Source: a virus. From it: a stretch of 64,000 nt of DNA. The position numbers were made by a program, and so were the translations under genes. The notes beneath the pieces were generated by a model. The model searched no databases, was not told the DNA's origin, and worked only from the letters and a program-made list of their open reading frames with translations. The stretch's first letter is position 1. Every line of letters begins with the position of its first letter. The DNA is taken from the IMG/VR virus record IMGVR_UViG_3300009177_000720. The stretch is one strand, 5' to 3'. Shown here piece by piece: positions 28,506-37,807 of this stretch.

Positions 28506-28517
28506 AAGTAGAACTAT

Positions 28518-28546
28518 ACTTTATTATTAGTAAAGTTTACTGTCAA
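28518..28546 (-). promoter_or_regulatory. sigma70-like promoter TTGACA-N17-TAAAGT
   Basis: Immediately upstream of tRNA-Leu(CAA). Confidence 0.5.
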
Positions 28547-28599
28547 AACTCTGCGTCACGTAGAGTTGTCCCACAACATAATCTCTGGAAAAACCAAAG

Positions 28600-29067
28600 T
28601 CAAGCGCACGGATCAATGTAAAAAATTTCCTTAGCCTTGGACCTGGCGTAGTTTACGCAGTTTCCCGTACCACCTGGTGAACCATCCCACACCGCAATCA
28701 ATTGATCACAGCGGTCTACCATCCACTCATTTCGAGTTTGCATTTTCCAGGCAGCATAACCACCTTCGTTAACAACAACTCTTTCGGTAGCTAGCTTGAT
28801 AAGAGAGCGGTACGTTTTTTGCGAAGCCTGAGGCCAAGCTGACTCTTGCCCCTCAAAGGGGACTGCTGCCACAAAAGGAATACCCAGTTTATGAGCAATG
28901 TTAGCTGCCCATTGATCTACACCTAGGGCCATACCAGAGATTACCTTCTCTGGTTTTAGTTCTCTGAGTGCTTTATCAATCTCTTGACAAACATAGAGAT
29001 AAGTTGGGTTAGGTAGTTTATACCCGCCCAACTTATCCGGTCTATGTCCAGTGAATGCAACAATCAT
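28600..29067 (-). CDS. SLOG family protein (DUF1273/YspA-like)
   Basis: AFTGHRP, ISGMALGVDQWAA, RNEWMVD, GGT.NCV.YA. Confidence 0.88.
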   Translation of the reverse strand: MIVAFTGHRPDKLGGYKLPNPTYLYVCQEIDKALRELKPEKVISGMALGVDQWAANIAHKLGIPFVAAVPFEGQESAWPQASQKTYRSLIKLATERVVVNEGGYAAWKMQTRNEWMVDRCDQLIAVWDGSPGGTGNCVNYARSKAKEIFYIDPCA

Positions 29068-29417
29068 CTGCTGTAACACTTAGAACAGATGGGGTCACCT
29101 GCGTTATGTCCATCCATGACCCAATTGTGGTCGCATTCTGCTTCCTCTTTGGAGTCTAGGCTGGATAATGTTCCCGCTTCTTCTGCCTCAATTAACCTCA
29201 TGAACTCATCTCTAAGTTCCTGAGATTCATTATTTCTTTGAATATAGAAGAGTCCAATGGTCTGGCCACCAAGGGCGCCCAGTACTTCATACTTCATCTT
29301 GACCTTGCCATGAACGAAAGTATTGAAAGCCGCAGCCATCCCTACAACTTCGTCTTCATTAGCAAATGTCAGAACTACTGGAAGATTCACCAGAACTTCT
29401 TTTGGTTTGAATTTCAT
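29064..29417 (-). CDS. hypothetical protein
   Basis: ORF. Confidence 0.6.
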   Translation of the reverse strand: MKFKPKEVLVNLPVVLTFANEDEVVGMAAAFNTFVHGKVKMKYEVLGALGGQTIGLFYIQRNNESQELRDEFMRLIEAEEAGTLSSLDSKEEAECDHNWVMDGHNAGDPICSKCYSR

Positions 29418-29635
29418 TTTAGAGATTCCTTATATTTTTTGAGACAGGACTTATATGCTTTATCTTGCTTATTAAGATAAAATAAAGCAACGTACCCATA
29501 ATCACTTTCACCTTGAATTTCGGTGAATTTGAGCTTGGGTTTACCGCTCAATTCATTAATTCTGTCTACGAACTCATAAATTTGATGATAATCATCAAAA
29601 TGCATAGTACATGGTACGTTTAATGATATTTTCAT
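29414..29635 (-). CDS. hypothetical protein (weakly similar to the neighbouring ORF)
   Basis: ORF; ..NVPCTMHF..K.KF resembles ..NLPVVLTF..K.KY of 29064..29417. Confidence 0.55.
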   Translation of the reverse strand: MKISLNVPCTMHFDDYHQIYEFVDRINELSGKPKLKFTEIQGESDYGYVALFYLNKQDKAYKSCLKKYKESLK

Positions 29636-29636
29636 A

Positions 29637-30353
29637 TTAAACCTCAATGATTTGATACGTAACAGCCGCGTTGCTGACCAACATACCATTACGGACGGAC
29701 AGCCCATGAGCTTCATGAATATGGCCGCACAAATATGTAGCGGGCGTCATATCCTTACTAATCTTATAGTCAAGGGCATTGGCCATAACGGAATTGCCGA
29801 GTATTTGGTTACCATATGAAAGATCTAAACATTGATAAATTGGAGCGTGACAGGCTAAAATATCTACATAAGTAGAATTTAGAACTGGCACTAGTTTATC
29901 AATTTCATCCTGCATTTCCATAACGTTTCTTTCATAGTTCCAAGTATTACCACCAATAGCTGGGACATACGGGAATCCATAAAAATTAACGCCTTGATAC
30001 GTGACAATTTTATCTGTTAGATCAATAGCTTGAATTCCTTCTGCATTGAGCAGCGCTTCCATCTTAGCAGGATGGACAAAATCATGGTTACCCAAAACAA
30101 AAAGAAATGGATGGCCCTGAAGCTGTTGCTTGAAATCACTAATGTGATTCTCTAGCCACTGCATCTGAAATACAGCTTCCTGAACTTTGTTCCCTACCAT
30201 AACATGATGGCTATTCGGGAAAAGATCTCCCGTATGAACCACGACATCATAGCGGCCATGAAGACGAGGAAACCCACCATGGGTATCGCTTACATGACAA
30301 AGTCTCATCTTAAATTTCCTTACAAGAGCATCCGATACGCGCTTAATCTTCAT
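29637..30353 (-). CDS. calcineurin-like metallophosphoesterase
   Basis: SDTH, GD, GNHD, H.P, GHIHE. Confidence 0.9.
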   Translation of the reverse strand: MKIKRVSDALVRKFKMRLCHVSDTHGGFPRLHGRYDVVVHTGDLFPNSHHVMVGNKVQEAVFQMQWLENHISDFKQQLQGHPFLFVLGNHDFVHPAKMEALLNAEGIQAIDLTDKIVTYQGVNFYGFPYVPAIGGNTWNYERNVMEMQDEIDKLVPVLNSTYVDILACHAPIYQCLDLSYGNQILGNSVMANALDYKISKDMTPATYLCGHIHEAHGLSVRNGMLVSNAAVTYQIIEV

Positions 30354-30730
30354 CGTTTCATCCTTAGTGGAAGTCTAGTCCACCAATCACATCCGGCCTG
30401 AGGAACTGACGTATATCCCCAATATCCAGAGTTGTCTTCAGTAGGGACGGCTGGGGCACGCCAACCAATCTGATCTGTACGACTTCCATAATGATCTGTA
30501 TACATTCCGTCTTCCGCAACTGCAAATCCCGGTTGGGCTGCCGATTTGACGAAAGCAGAAGTAACTTTTGGATTGTTTTGGCTTTTGACCGCACAATCAA
30601 CACATTCTAAAAGAATATCCCCACATGGAAACCCACCGTTTTCACGCCACAATTTACAATTGGTGGCGCCGCAACCACGACATTTATAGTCGCTGGGAAC
30701 TGATGTGGAAGAATAATCTACAATTTTCAT
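30350..30730 (-). CDS. hypothetical Zn-binding protein
   Basis: CRGC...CVDC. Confidence 0.6.
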   Translation of the reverse strand: MKIVDYSSTSVPSDYKCRGCGATNCKLWRENGGFPCGDILLECVDCAVKSQNNPKVTSAFVKSAAQPGFAVAEDGMYTDHYGSRTDQIGWRAPAVPTEDNSGYWGYTSVPQAGCDWWTRLPLRMKR

Positions 30731-30930
30731 TCTAATTCTGCTCTAATACTAACTCCATCAACAACTGGAGCAATATTTTTTCTTGTAAAATTATCTAGTT
30801 TCTTAACTAAAACTAGTACCGAATAGCCGTCAGACTCCGACATCACTGCACTAGAACTATACCACGAGTACTGAGAAAGTTTCATCTTGAGCGCGATACG
30901 AACTTGATTTGCCTCTTTGAAAGTAGCCAT
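30727..30930 (-). CDS. hypothetical protein
   Basis: ORF with GAGGAG SD. Confidence 0.65.
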   Translation of the reverse strand: MATFKEANQVRIALKMKLSQYSWYSSSAVMSESDGYSVLVLVKKLDNFTRKNIAPVVDGVSIRAELE

Positions 30931-30940
30931 GATTGTCTCC

Positions 30941-31546
30941 TCAACTAAAAACAAGTAATGTCTTAATTTTATTGATTATCTTTTTGGTATTGGAAAAATC
31001 CCAATCAACCAAAGGAATAACAAAAGGATTATCTTCCTTTATTGCTTCACCATCATTATCCAACTTAACAATTGAAGTTGAATTGTTCTCATATTCTAAT
31101 GAGACTCTAAATTTATTCTTTTTGTCAAAAAGATAAAACTCTTCGAATACTACGCCTATATTAGCTATAGTTTTTCGAAATAGATCAAGTTCAATTACTG
31201 AACCTTCAACAAAGGTGAAATCACAACTATCACAAATACCATTTAGGTAAAATGAAAAATTGGAAGAGGAGGCACCATCAACCGACTTATCGCTGGGCGA
31301 AGGGTCAGAGATGGATAATGTAAACGTATTACTCGGGCAGTCAATATAATAATTGATATTATATCTCTGCTTTCTAATTTGGGCAACTTGTTCTAAATGA
31401 AGAATACGATCTTTCTTTTGAAATTTCGTAATCTCTAAAGCCTGATTGGGGCCGCTCAAGACATCAATTTTTCTAGTCATATCCTTACAAACAGGACAAA
31501 ACAAACAATATGACCATAATTCTTGAACGGATTTGAAGACTTTCAT
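30941..31546 (-). CDS. hypothetical protein
   Basis: CPVC...CDSC; carries the shared C-terminal motif. Confidence 0.65.
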   Translation of the reverse strand: MKVFKSVQELWSYCLFCPVCKDMTRKIDVLSGPNQALEITKFQKKDRILHLEQVAQIRKQRYNINYYIDCPSNTFTLSISDPSPSDKSVDGASSSNFSFYLNGICDSCDFTFVEGSVIELDLFRKTIANIGVVFEEFYLFDKKNKFRVSLEYENNSTSIVKLDNDGEAIKEDNPFVIPLVDWDFSNTKKIINKIKTLLVFS

Positions 31547-31552
31547 GATTTA

Positions 31553-31582
31553 GAAAATAAAGGCCCGCACAAAAGGCGGGCC
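31553..31582 (-). terminator. intrinsic terminator
   Basis: GGCCCGC/GCGGGCC hairpin plus TTTATTTT on the minus strand. Confidence 0.7.
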
Positions 31583-31607
31583 CAAGTTGAGACGAAAGTA
31601 CTTGTTA

Positions 31608-32411
31608 TCAAAGTCCGCGATTTTTGATCGCAGTACTAAGTAACTGATAGAGCTTGAAGGGGTCAACACAAGATAAACCTGCTTGCTGCCCATCATTCAA
31701 TTCAATAACAATCCATTCACCTGAAACAGCTTGTCCAACATCAATGGTATAGAAATTTGAATTGTCTCCAACTCTTTCGATAACATCCTGTAAAAACTCA
31801 CGAGGAACTTCCTCGGGAGAGGGTGAACAACCTATATCATCGATATAATTTTGCCAATAGTACCCGCCACACAATAGCTGCCCATAGGCAACAAAGAAGC
31901 GAAATTCCTTTGTCACTGGCATACCATTGACACCATCTAGGTACTTGACAAGCGGCACATATTGGCGGATGTACAGCTTTTGATGGCCCAGAAGACTATC
32001 ATCCGCCAATCGATTGGCAATCATAATAGCATCTGTTTTGGTTTCGGCATACATATCCCTTAACCAATTGTGCTTACGAGAGTTAGTTTCTCCCTTTAGA
32101 ACAAAAGGTCCCTTCTCAGGCAGGTCTTCCAAACTACGCCAAGTTCTTGGTGTGAGTCGCTCCAAGTCGACAACGTAATTGCCAAGGTCAGCGATGTAAA
32201 GGTGTTGATGATAGTTATTAATTAACTTAGCACCAACATATTCAATGTCTTTAGCCTGGTCTGCGTAGAAAGGCCAAAGTGAATATCTACCTACCACCAA
32301 ATCACCTTCTTGAATAGAAGGTCGGCGATCGGTGCAGGTAAAGAACCAGCTTGCAGCTTCTAGTTCTTCCTTTTCAAAATCTGAACCTCGATACAAAATT
32401 ACATGTCTCAT
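31608..32411 (-). CDS. ATP-grasp domain protein (R2K/DUF4343-like)
   Basis: FVLKG..NSRKH, EFRFFV, FYTIDVG, WIVIELNDGQ. Confidence 0.75.
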   Translation of the reverse strand: MRHVILYRGSDFEKEELEAASWFFTCTDRRPSIQEGDLVVGRYSLWPFYADQAKDIEYVGAKLINNYHQHLYIADLGNYVVDLERLTPRTWRSLEDLPEKGPFVLKGETNSRKHNWLRDMYAETKTDAIMIANRLADDSLLGHQKLYIRQYVPLVKYLDGVNGMPVTKEFRFFVAYGQLLCGGYYWQNYIDDIGCSPSPEEVPREFLQDVIERVGDNSNFYTIDVGQAVSGEWIVIELNDGQQAGLSCVDPFKLYQLLSTAIKNRGL

Positions 32412-32426
32412 GAAGACCTTTCATAA

Positions 32427-32903
32427 TTACTTACGAGGGAAAAGCGAAGGCTGGCTATTGAACAACTGCGCCCAAAGGTCACGAGTTGGAAGAGCCGGAG
32501 GAGCCACGGGGGTCTGAATCGGAGCAACCACAGGATTGACGGTAACCGTTCCATTGCTGGAGGCAGTAACCGAAACTGGAGCCGGAGTTGCTTGAACAGT
32601 GCCTTGCGCTCTCTTCTGAGCATCATATTTGTTATCCAGGTCCCAAGAATCGGAAAGAGGATGGTAAAGCAAGGCTTCTGCCTGAGAACCATCCGCCAAT
32701 TGAACTTGAATTGGTGTACGTGCCCAACCAGCAGACTCAATGTCCGAGGTAAACATACCACGAACAAAGTCTCTCACCTCACGATGACGAGCAAAGGGAA
32801 GGGTCATCTTCACCTTATTGCTGACATCCAAGGCGGTGAACAATTCACCACTCTGCACAAAACCCTGAACAACCGAACGAACTTCACTCTCTAAATTTGC
32901 CAT
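32427..32903 (-). CDS. hypothetical protein with Pro-rich tail
   Basis: ORF with AGGAG SD and own promoter. Confidence 0.7.
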   Translation of the reverse strand: MANLESEVRSVVQGFVQSGELFTALDVSNKVKMTLPFARHREVRDFVRGMFTSDIESAGWARTPIQVQLADGSQAEALLYHPLSDSWDLDNKYDAQKRAQGTVQATPAPVSVTASSNGTVTVNPVVAPIQTPVAPPALPTRDLWAQLFNSQPSLFPRK

Positions 32904-32924
32904 GACTAGTCTCCTGTTTGAACC

Positions 32925-32952
32925 AATGTATATTTTGTAAAATTAAACGCAA
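32925..32952 (-). promoter_or_regulatory. sigma70-like promoter TTGCGT-N16-TACATT
   Basis: Intergenic. Confidence 0.5.
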
Positions 32953-32975
32953 GGGCAGAATCAAACTTAAAAATT

Positions 32976-33407
32976 CTACTCCCCTTGCAGCTCTTTCCTG
33001 ACACGCATCAGAACTTGGCCGAGCATATTCTGACCAGTCCCATCCTTACCACATCCCCAAAAAGAATCAACTGGAGAATCTTCCACCAGAATCTCTATCC
33101 CAGTCTTCATCAGATCTCTACGCAAGTCGGCATGTTGTAAGAACTTAGCCATTACGCATTCATACATAACATCAACTTTAACCTTATCCCAGTTGGGACG
33201 CATAGTAACCTTCTGTCCTAGATCGCGAGCCTCTCGTGGAGTCTTAGCCGACCAGATGGCATGTTGTTCTAATGTATCTAAGGTCTTTTGAGATTGATAC
33301 GGCGCTTCAACGTTGTTCCACCAACGACCATAAACAAACATCCTGGCTCTCTTAAAGTTGTTTAAGAAACCAAAAGGAGCATTGCTTTTGTAGAATTTGA
33401 TAGTCAT
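32976..33407 (-). CDS. NADAR (YbiA) family protein
   Basis: FLNNF, VEAPYQSQK, R.NWDKVK, AKFLQH, LVEDSP.DSFWG, GQNMLG.VLM.VR. Confidence 0.92.
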   Translation of the reverse strand: MTIKFYKSNAPFGFLNNFKRARMFVYGRWWNNVEAPYQSQKTLDTLEQHAIWSAKTPREARDLGQKVTMRPNWDKVKVDVMYECVMAKFLQHADLRRDLMKTGIEILVEDSPVDSFWGCGKDGTGQNMLGQVLMRVRKELQGE

Positions 33408-33886
33408 TCATCACCTTCACGCTGGTAAATAACTACTTTTGCCCCTTGAGTAGATTCAATGTGATTGGCAAAGTTAGTAATATTACCAAGATAGTTTTCC
33501 CAGATTCCACCCGCAGCCCCACAACCAATTCTCCATGGGAAAGCAACGCTTTCTAGATTAGGAAGTTGAGCTATACGGAGCAGGCATTTATAGAAATAAT
33601 TCTGCCTGGTTAAGATTCCATCAAGAGTGGAATTGGGATATTTTGATTTGCCAGGATAATACTGGCCTAAAAGAGCAATGACGTATCGCTGGTCTTGACC
33701 GTTCCCTTTAACAATAATGGTTCCGGGTTTGTCATGAGTAGTTCTGCCGGTGTAAACATCGGCATAAGGATACCTAGCGAATACGTCCTTTGCTAAATGT
33801 GCGGCCCGATTGGTCACACAATTGCACTGATGACATAGATACTTTTCTTTGGCATCAAAAAGATCACCAGTGACTATTTCAATCAT
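33404..33886 (-). CDS. macrodomain protein (ADP-ribose binding/hydrolase)
   Basis: VTGDLF, HQCNC, VAFPWRIGCGAAGG.W. Confidence 0.88.
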   Translation of the reverse strand: MIEIVTGDLFDAKEKYLCHQCNCVTNRAAHLAKDVFARYPYADVYTGRTTHDKPGTIIVKGNGQDQRYVIALLGQYYPGKSKYPNSTLDGILTRQNYFYKCLLRIAQLPNLESVAFPWRIGCGAAGGIWENYLGNITNFANHIESTQGAKVVIYQREGDE

Positions 33887-34062
33887 TTAAAAGCCTCAGA
33901 TATCTTGTCTAAGACAGATTGCTCCACACGAACAATGATAGCATACCGAACACCTTCGAAACCGGCAATATCATCTCTATGATACTGTGCCTCTGTTTCT
34001 GGATACGGTCCTGCCGTATGTTCACCTGGAAAACCTTCTACCTTATACTTGACTAAAAACAT
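33883..34062 (-). CDS. hypothetical protein (59 aa, not in ORF track)
   Basis: Hand-translated MFLVKYKVEGFPGEHTAGPYP...ISEAFK; fills the gap with ATGA overlap. Confidence 0.6.
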   Translation of the reverse strand: MFLVKYKVEGFPGEHTAGPYPETEAQYHRDDIAGFEGVRYAIIVRVEQSVLDKISEAFK

Positions 34063-34063
34063 A

Positions 34064-35002
34064 TTACCTCGGAGTGTGAATCACTGGAAGAGATCTTCCA
34101 ATGGACGGCTTAGCTAGGGCCGGGTTGTTTTTCATCCAGCTCTGAACGAACCACAACTGACCACAGCCGCCACCAACGTCATCTTGTCCAGCCGGATCAA
34201 ACATTCTAGTGCTGAATCCGCGCTCCAACAAGAGACTCTGAAAGTTAGCAGCCAACTCACGTTGACGGGCGTTAGCGGCAGCTACTGTTTCCTCTCTTTC
34301 GCAAACCACCGAAATGGTTGCTTCCCAGATTGCTGGGTCAAACAACTTCTCCAAACGATCTGCATCGTATGGGGTTGAATTCTTTTCATGTGCGCAGTAG
34401 TTGAAGAACGGTCTACGACCAACTTCATACGCCCAGCGCTTACCATGCTCGGCAATTTCAGCCAAGGAAAGCTTTGCCTTGAAGGGGATCAAGGCATTAC
34501 GAGCTTCATCCGTACTCTCGTGAACCGAGAATTGCAGTCCTACCTTACTCACCTCTTTCGAAATGTCAATGACCGGCTGGTAATCAACACGAGGGGCAGA
34601 AGTAGAAATCAACAAAGCTGCGCCCGGATACAACACGTGCAGCTTGCGAATCGCTGGATTCAGCTCTTTAAGATTGAGAAGTGGCTCGCCCATGCTCATA
34701 AACATGATTTGCATACGTTCCACCTTAGAAGCATCAATTCCCTTATCGGCAAAGAGGTGCTCCGTCTGAGAAACAATCTCGTCCGCTGTCAGGGAGCGAA
34801 CGAAACTATCTCCGGCTCCACAAAAGCGACACCCAATTGGGCAACCGCTTTGCGTAGAGCAACACACAACAGTTCTGGCTTCGAAGGTAGGATACTTGTA
34901 GAGAACAGATTCTGCTACAGCGTTATCCTTTTCAAAGACATACTTGAAAACGTTTTCGTCTGAACTAGGAATACACCTAGTTTTATTCCACAATTGTTCC
35001 AT
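34064..35002 (-). CDS. RlmN/Cfr-like radical SAM methyltransferase (paralog 1)
   Basis: STQSGCPIGCRFC, MSMGEP, SVH, DDVGGGCGQL. Confidence 0.85.
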   Translation of the reverse strand: MEQLWNKTRCIPSSDENVFKYVFEKDNAVAESVLYKYPTFEARTVVCCSTQSGCPIGCRFCGAGDSFVRSLTADEIVSQTEHLFADKGIDASKVERMQIMFMSMGEPLLNLKELNPAIRKLHVLYPGAALLISTSAPRVDYQPVIDISKEVSKVGLQFSVHESTDEARNALIPFKAKLSLAEIAEHGKRWAYEVGRRPFFNYCAHEKNSTPYDADRLEKLFDPAIWEATISVVCEREETVAAANARQRELAANFQSLLLERGFSTRMFDPAGQDDVGGGCGQLWFVQSWMKNNPALAKPSIGRSLPVIHTPR

Positions 35003-35010
35003 TTACTTAC

Positions 35011-35340
35011 CTACGTGAGTGAAGTACAAAGCCACCAACCAACGGCAGCATTTGCAATATTGTTTTCATCAGCCCAAGTTAAAAGTTGAGCATCCCATTC
35101 TTCTGTGGCAATCAATTCTTCTTTGTTAATGAAAGAAGAATATGACTTCCACGAAACAACTTGAGACAAACTTCCTTTGATGACAATGAAGGTTTCAATT
35201 TCACCAGAGTATGCGTCCCCTGCCCACATCATTTCCAAGTACTTGGGCAGTTGAACTCTACCTTCATTAAGATCCTCTAACAGTTTTTCATCTGTTAAAA
35301 GGAATCCATATCCAAGGTCGGCATGAAAATCCGTACTCAT
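35011..35340 (-). CDS. hypothetical protein
   Basis: ORF. Confidence 0.6.
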   Translation of the reverse strand: MSTDFHADLGYGFLLTDEKLLEDLNEGRVQLPKYLEMMWAGDAYSGEIETFIVIKGSLSQVVSWKSYSSFINKEELIATEEWDAQLLTWADENNIANAAVGWWLCTSLT

Positions 35341-36833
35341 TACTTTGCCTGCGTTTCAAATTCGATGATGTAACGAAGCGCATGCTGCTGCTCGGGACCA
35401 GTTGGGCTGTAAGTAATCAATTCGTCATTGAGAACTCCGCCACCAGCTCGGGCAAAAACAGAGTGTGCAGGAGCAATGCTCTTCTTGGTGTAGAAGTGCG
35501 AGCCATTAGCATACTTGTAATTGCCGTAAGCGACATCTCCAAGGAATAGGTAAGCCGTTTTGTTGGTACCCTGCGCCCAATACGACCCACGAACATCGCA
35601 ATAGTTGATGGACTTGGTACTATTGGTTGCCCAATAGATACCGTCACCATACATACTACCAGCGTGAGCAACACCAGAAGGACGAATCAGAAGGCCCTTA
35701 GTGGTGATACCAATCATGTTAGCACGACGGGTACCGTGCCAGCCAGGAGCAACGTTGGCCTGCTGGTAAAGTTCCTGCAAAGCCTTAGGAACATCAGGGC
35801 GAGAGGCAACCAACTTGGCATAAGTCTCAGAAGGAGAATGCTTTCCACACTCCTTAGCAATGCGCTGCGCGGTCTCAATGAAGTTTTTATCTTCATTGTT
35901 GCGCTTGAGACGGAAAATCTTGTGAACCTTGAGCTTACCAAGGCCCTGGTGATTGTAGGCGCGGGTATCATGAACCATCTTATCAATCCACTTGAAGGTA
36001 GGATCAGTAGGATCAATCCATTCAAGGTCGGCATTGAGGGTGGCATACTGCGAATCAACCGCGCTCTTCTTGGAAATAACGGCCTGAACGTTCTTAGCAT
36101 CAGCAAAAACGTCAAGAATGTCGAGAGCCTTATCAATCTTGGGGTCTCCATCGAAACGAAGTAGGTCCGCATTGATACGATGACCTAGAACGTGAGGGAT
36201 ATTGGAGTAATAAGCGCTGGTCAACTTGTTCAATTCAGAAACATCAGGGCTCTTACTGTGAACAATTGTGCGAGCCTCTTCAAGAATTTGCTTGGCCTTA
36301 TCAATCTGATCAAGCGAAAGCTGTCCAAGTGGACACTTCTTAGTGTCAAGGTTCAACTCAATGAACTCCTGAGTAACGCCGAACCAGGTACGAACAAGAT
36401 CCTGCACTTCCGGATGAAGCTTGCTGGCAGCTTGCGGCTCTTCTTTGACCTGTACTCCGGCTTTCTTGAGCGATTCCACAGTCACAGAAGTATCAACCTT
36501 AGTCTTACCAACCTCCGAACCAACGTCCGACTTGGCAAGCTTGACTTCAACGTAACCCTTCTTGGTCTTGCTCTTTACAATTTTCTCTGCTTCCGTTTCA
36601 GCTTCGCTCTGGTTTCCACAAGAACGATATTCTTTTGCAGGAGATGGGGCGCCCACTCGTCCATACTGAGTAAACAAGAAAAATTGATTCTTGTCTGACT
36701 TGACAACTTCCAAGTTGTAATACTTGTTGTTGTTATTGACAATATCAGTAAAGTTCAAAGTCCATCGCTTGACAGACTCAACGACTTTAATGTTATTGAT
36801 GACGGACGGATCCTTAATTACTTGAAGCGCCAT
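35340..36833 (-). CDS. WGR-domain poly(ADP-ribose) polymerase-like protein
   Basis: NNNKYY..YGRVG (WGR); PLGQLS, LTSAYYSNIPH (regulatory domain); WHGT, GSMYGDGIYWA..STKS.NY, NDELITY (H-Y-E triad). Confidence 0.9.
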   Translation of the reverse strand: MALQVIKDPSVINNIKVVESVKRWTLNFTDIVNNNNKYYNLEVVKSDKNQFFLFTQYGRVGAPSPAKEYRSCGNQSEAETEAEKIVKSKTKKGYVEVKLAKSDVGSEVGKTKVDTSVTVESLKKAGVQVKEEPQAASKLHPEVQDLVRTWFGVTQEFIELNLDTKKCPLGQLSLDQIDKAKQILEEARTIVHSKSPDVSELNKLTSAYYSNIPHVLGHRINADLLRFDGDPKIDKALDILDVFADAKNVQAVISKKSAVDSQYATLNADLEWIDPTDPTFKWIDKMVHDTRAYNHQGLGKLKVHKIFRLKRNNEDKNFIETAQRIAKECGKHSPSETYAKLVASRPDVPKALQELYQQANVAPGWHGTRRANMIGITTKGLLIRPSGVAHAGSMYGDGIYWATNSTKSINYCDVRGSYWAQGTNKTAYLFLGDVAYGNYKYANGSHFYTKKSIAPAHSVFARAGGGVLNDELITYSPTGPEQQHALRYIIEFETQAK

Positions 36834-36844
36834 TGTTCCTCTTT

Positions 36845-36873
36845 ATCGTATTCGGATGACTGTATTGAGTCAA
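36845..36873 (-). promoter_or_regulatory. sigma70-like promoter TTGACT-N17-TACGAT
   Basis: Directly upstream of the PARP SD. Confidence 0.55.
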
Positions 36874-36963
36874 TTTATGATATTAATCGGACCGCTTTGG
36901 AAAGCTACCTAATAATAGATACTGTTGAAGTTTTTCTCGACAAAATATATAATATGGGAGAGA

Positions 36964-37170
36964 TTATTTCTCTATCACCTGAACATAAAAAACCACACTA
37001 TGAGCCACGTCACTGGACACGCACATCATAGTAGTCTTTGTGTACGAATAGCAACAAACATCCCCATAACAAGAGACGTTTGCTTCTTTAGGAATAGCTA
37101 GGGGTTTAATGCGCCAATCAGCACATCCGCCCAACAGACACATTAATAAAATTATTGCTACTCGGCTCAC
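36964..37170 (-). CDS. small Cys-rich putative lipoprotein
   Basis: Signal peptide-like stretch ending LLGGC. Confidence 0.5.
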   Translation of the reverse strand: MSRVAIILLMCLLGGCADWRIKPLAIPKEANVSCYGDVCCYSYTKTTMMCVSSDVAHSVVFYVQVIEK

Positions 37171-37190
37171 ACCAATATGTGAGAAAATTA

Positions 37191-37490
37191 TTAACTGCGA
37201 AGCTTACTCAACAACGCATCGAAGATAAGGCTGATAATTCCGCCCGCAAGGCCCCACAAAATAAAAAATTGAATTGTAAAAGATGGTTCGTGCAGCAAAT
37301 ACGCGATCCAGCCGCAGTGGAAACCGAGACAGAAGTAGCAGTCAAGCAATTTGTAAAAGAAAACGCCAACATGCTCATTCTTCATTAACTTATTACGAAG
37401 CCAAGCGACAACTCCCCAAGGGCCATCACTCTCTTTTAGAAGGAAAGCTAATCCAAAAATAGCACAAATAGTAATAATACAATCTAACAT
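37191..37490 (-). CDS. DUF1360-like membrane protein
   Basis: DGPW..LR...LLDCYFCLGF. Confidence 0.55.
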   Translation of the reverse strand: MLDCIITICAIFGLAFLLKESDGPWGVVAWLRNKLMKNEHVGVFFYKLLDCYFCLGFHCGWIAYLLHEPSFTIQFFILWGLAGGIISLIFDALLSKLRS

Positions 37491-37503
37491 TCGTCAATCT
37501 TTC

Positions 37504-37773
37504 TTAAAAATTACGGCAGCTCCAGCATTTGAAGGAGCCGTCTCTTTGATTTGGTTCAGCATATGGGTAAATTTCTCCACAATGCTTGCAGGTACAACCG
37601 TTGGATCTCCTAACAATAACGGCAAAATCATCACTTTGCTCGATGTTTGGACCTTCTTCATCGAAGAAATTCAAATCAATCTGCTCGCCGAGCTTCCAAA
37701 ATTCTTCTTCGGCATCATCCTTTTCACTAACTGTCTGGTGCATGTTCTGTAAATCAAAATAGATATCGTACAT
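37504..37773 (-). CDS. hypothetical Zn-ribbon protein
   Basis: CKHC...CWSC. Confidence 0.6.
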   Translation of the reverse strand: MYDIYFDLQNMHQTVSEKDDAEEEFWKLGEQIDLNFFDEEGPNIEQSDDFAVIVRRSNGCTCKHCGEIYPYAEPNQRDGSFKCWSCRNF

Positions 37774-37807
37774 AATAATCCTTGCTGCTAGGATTTATAT
37801 AACAATA

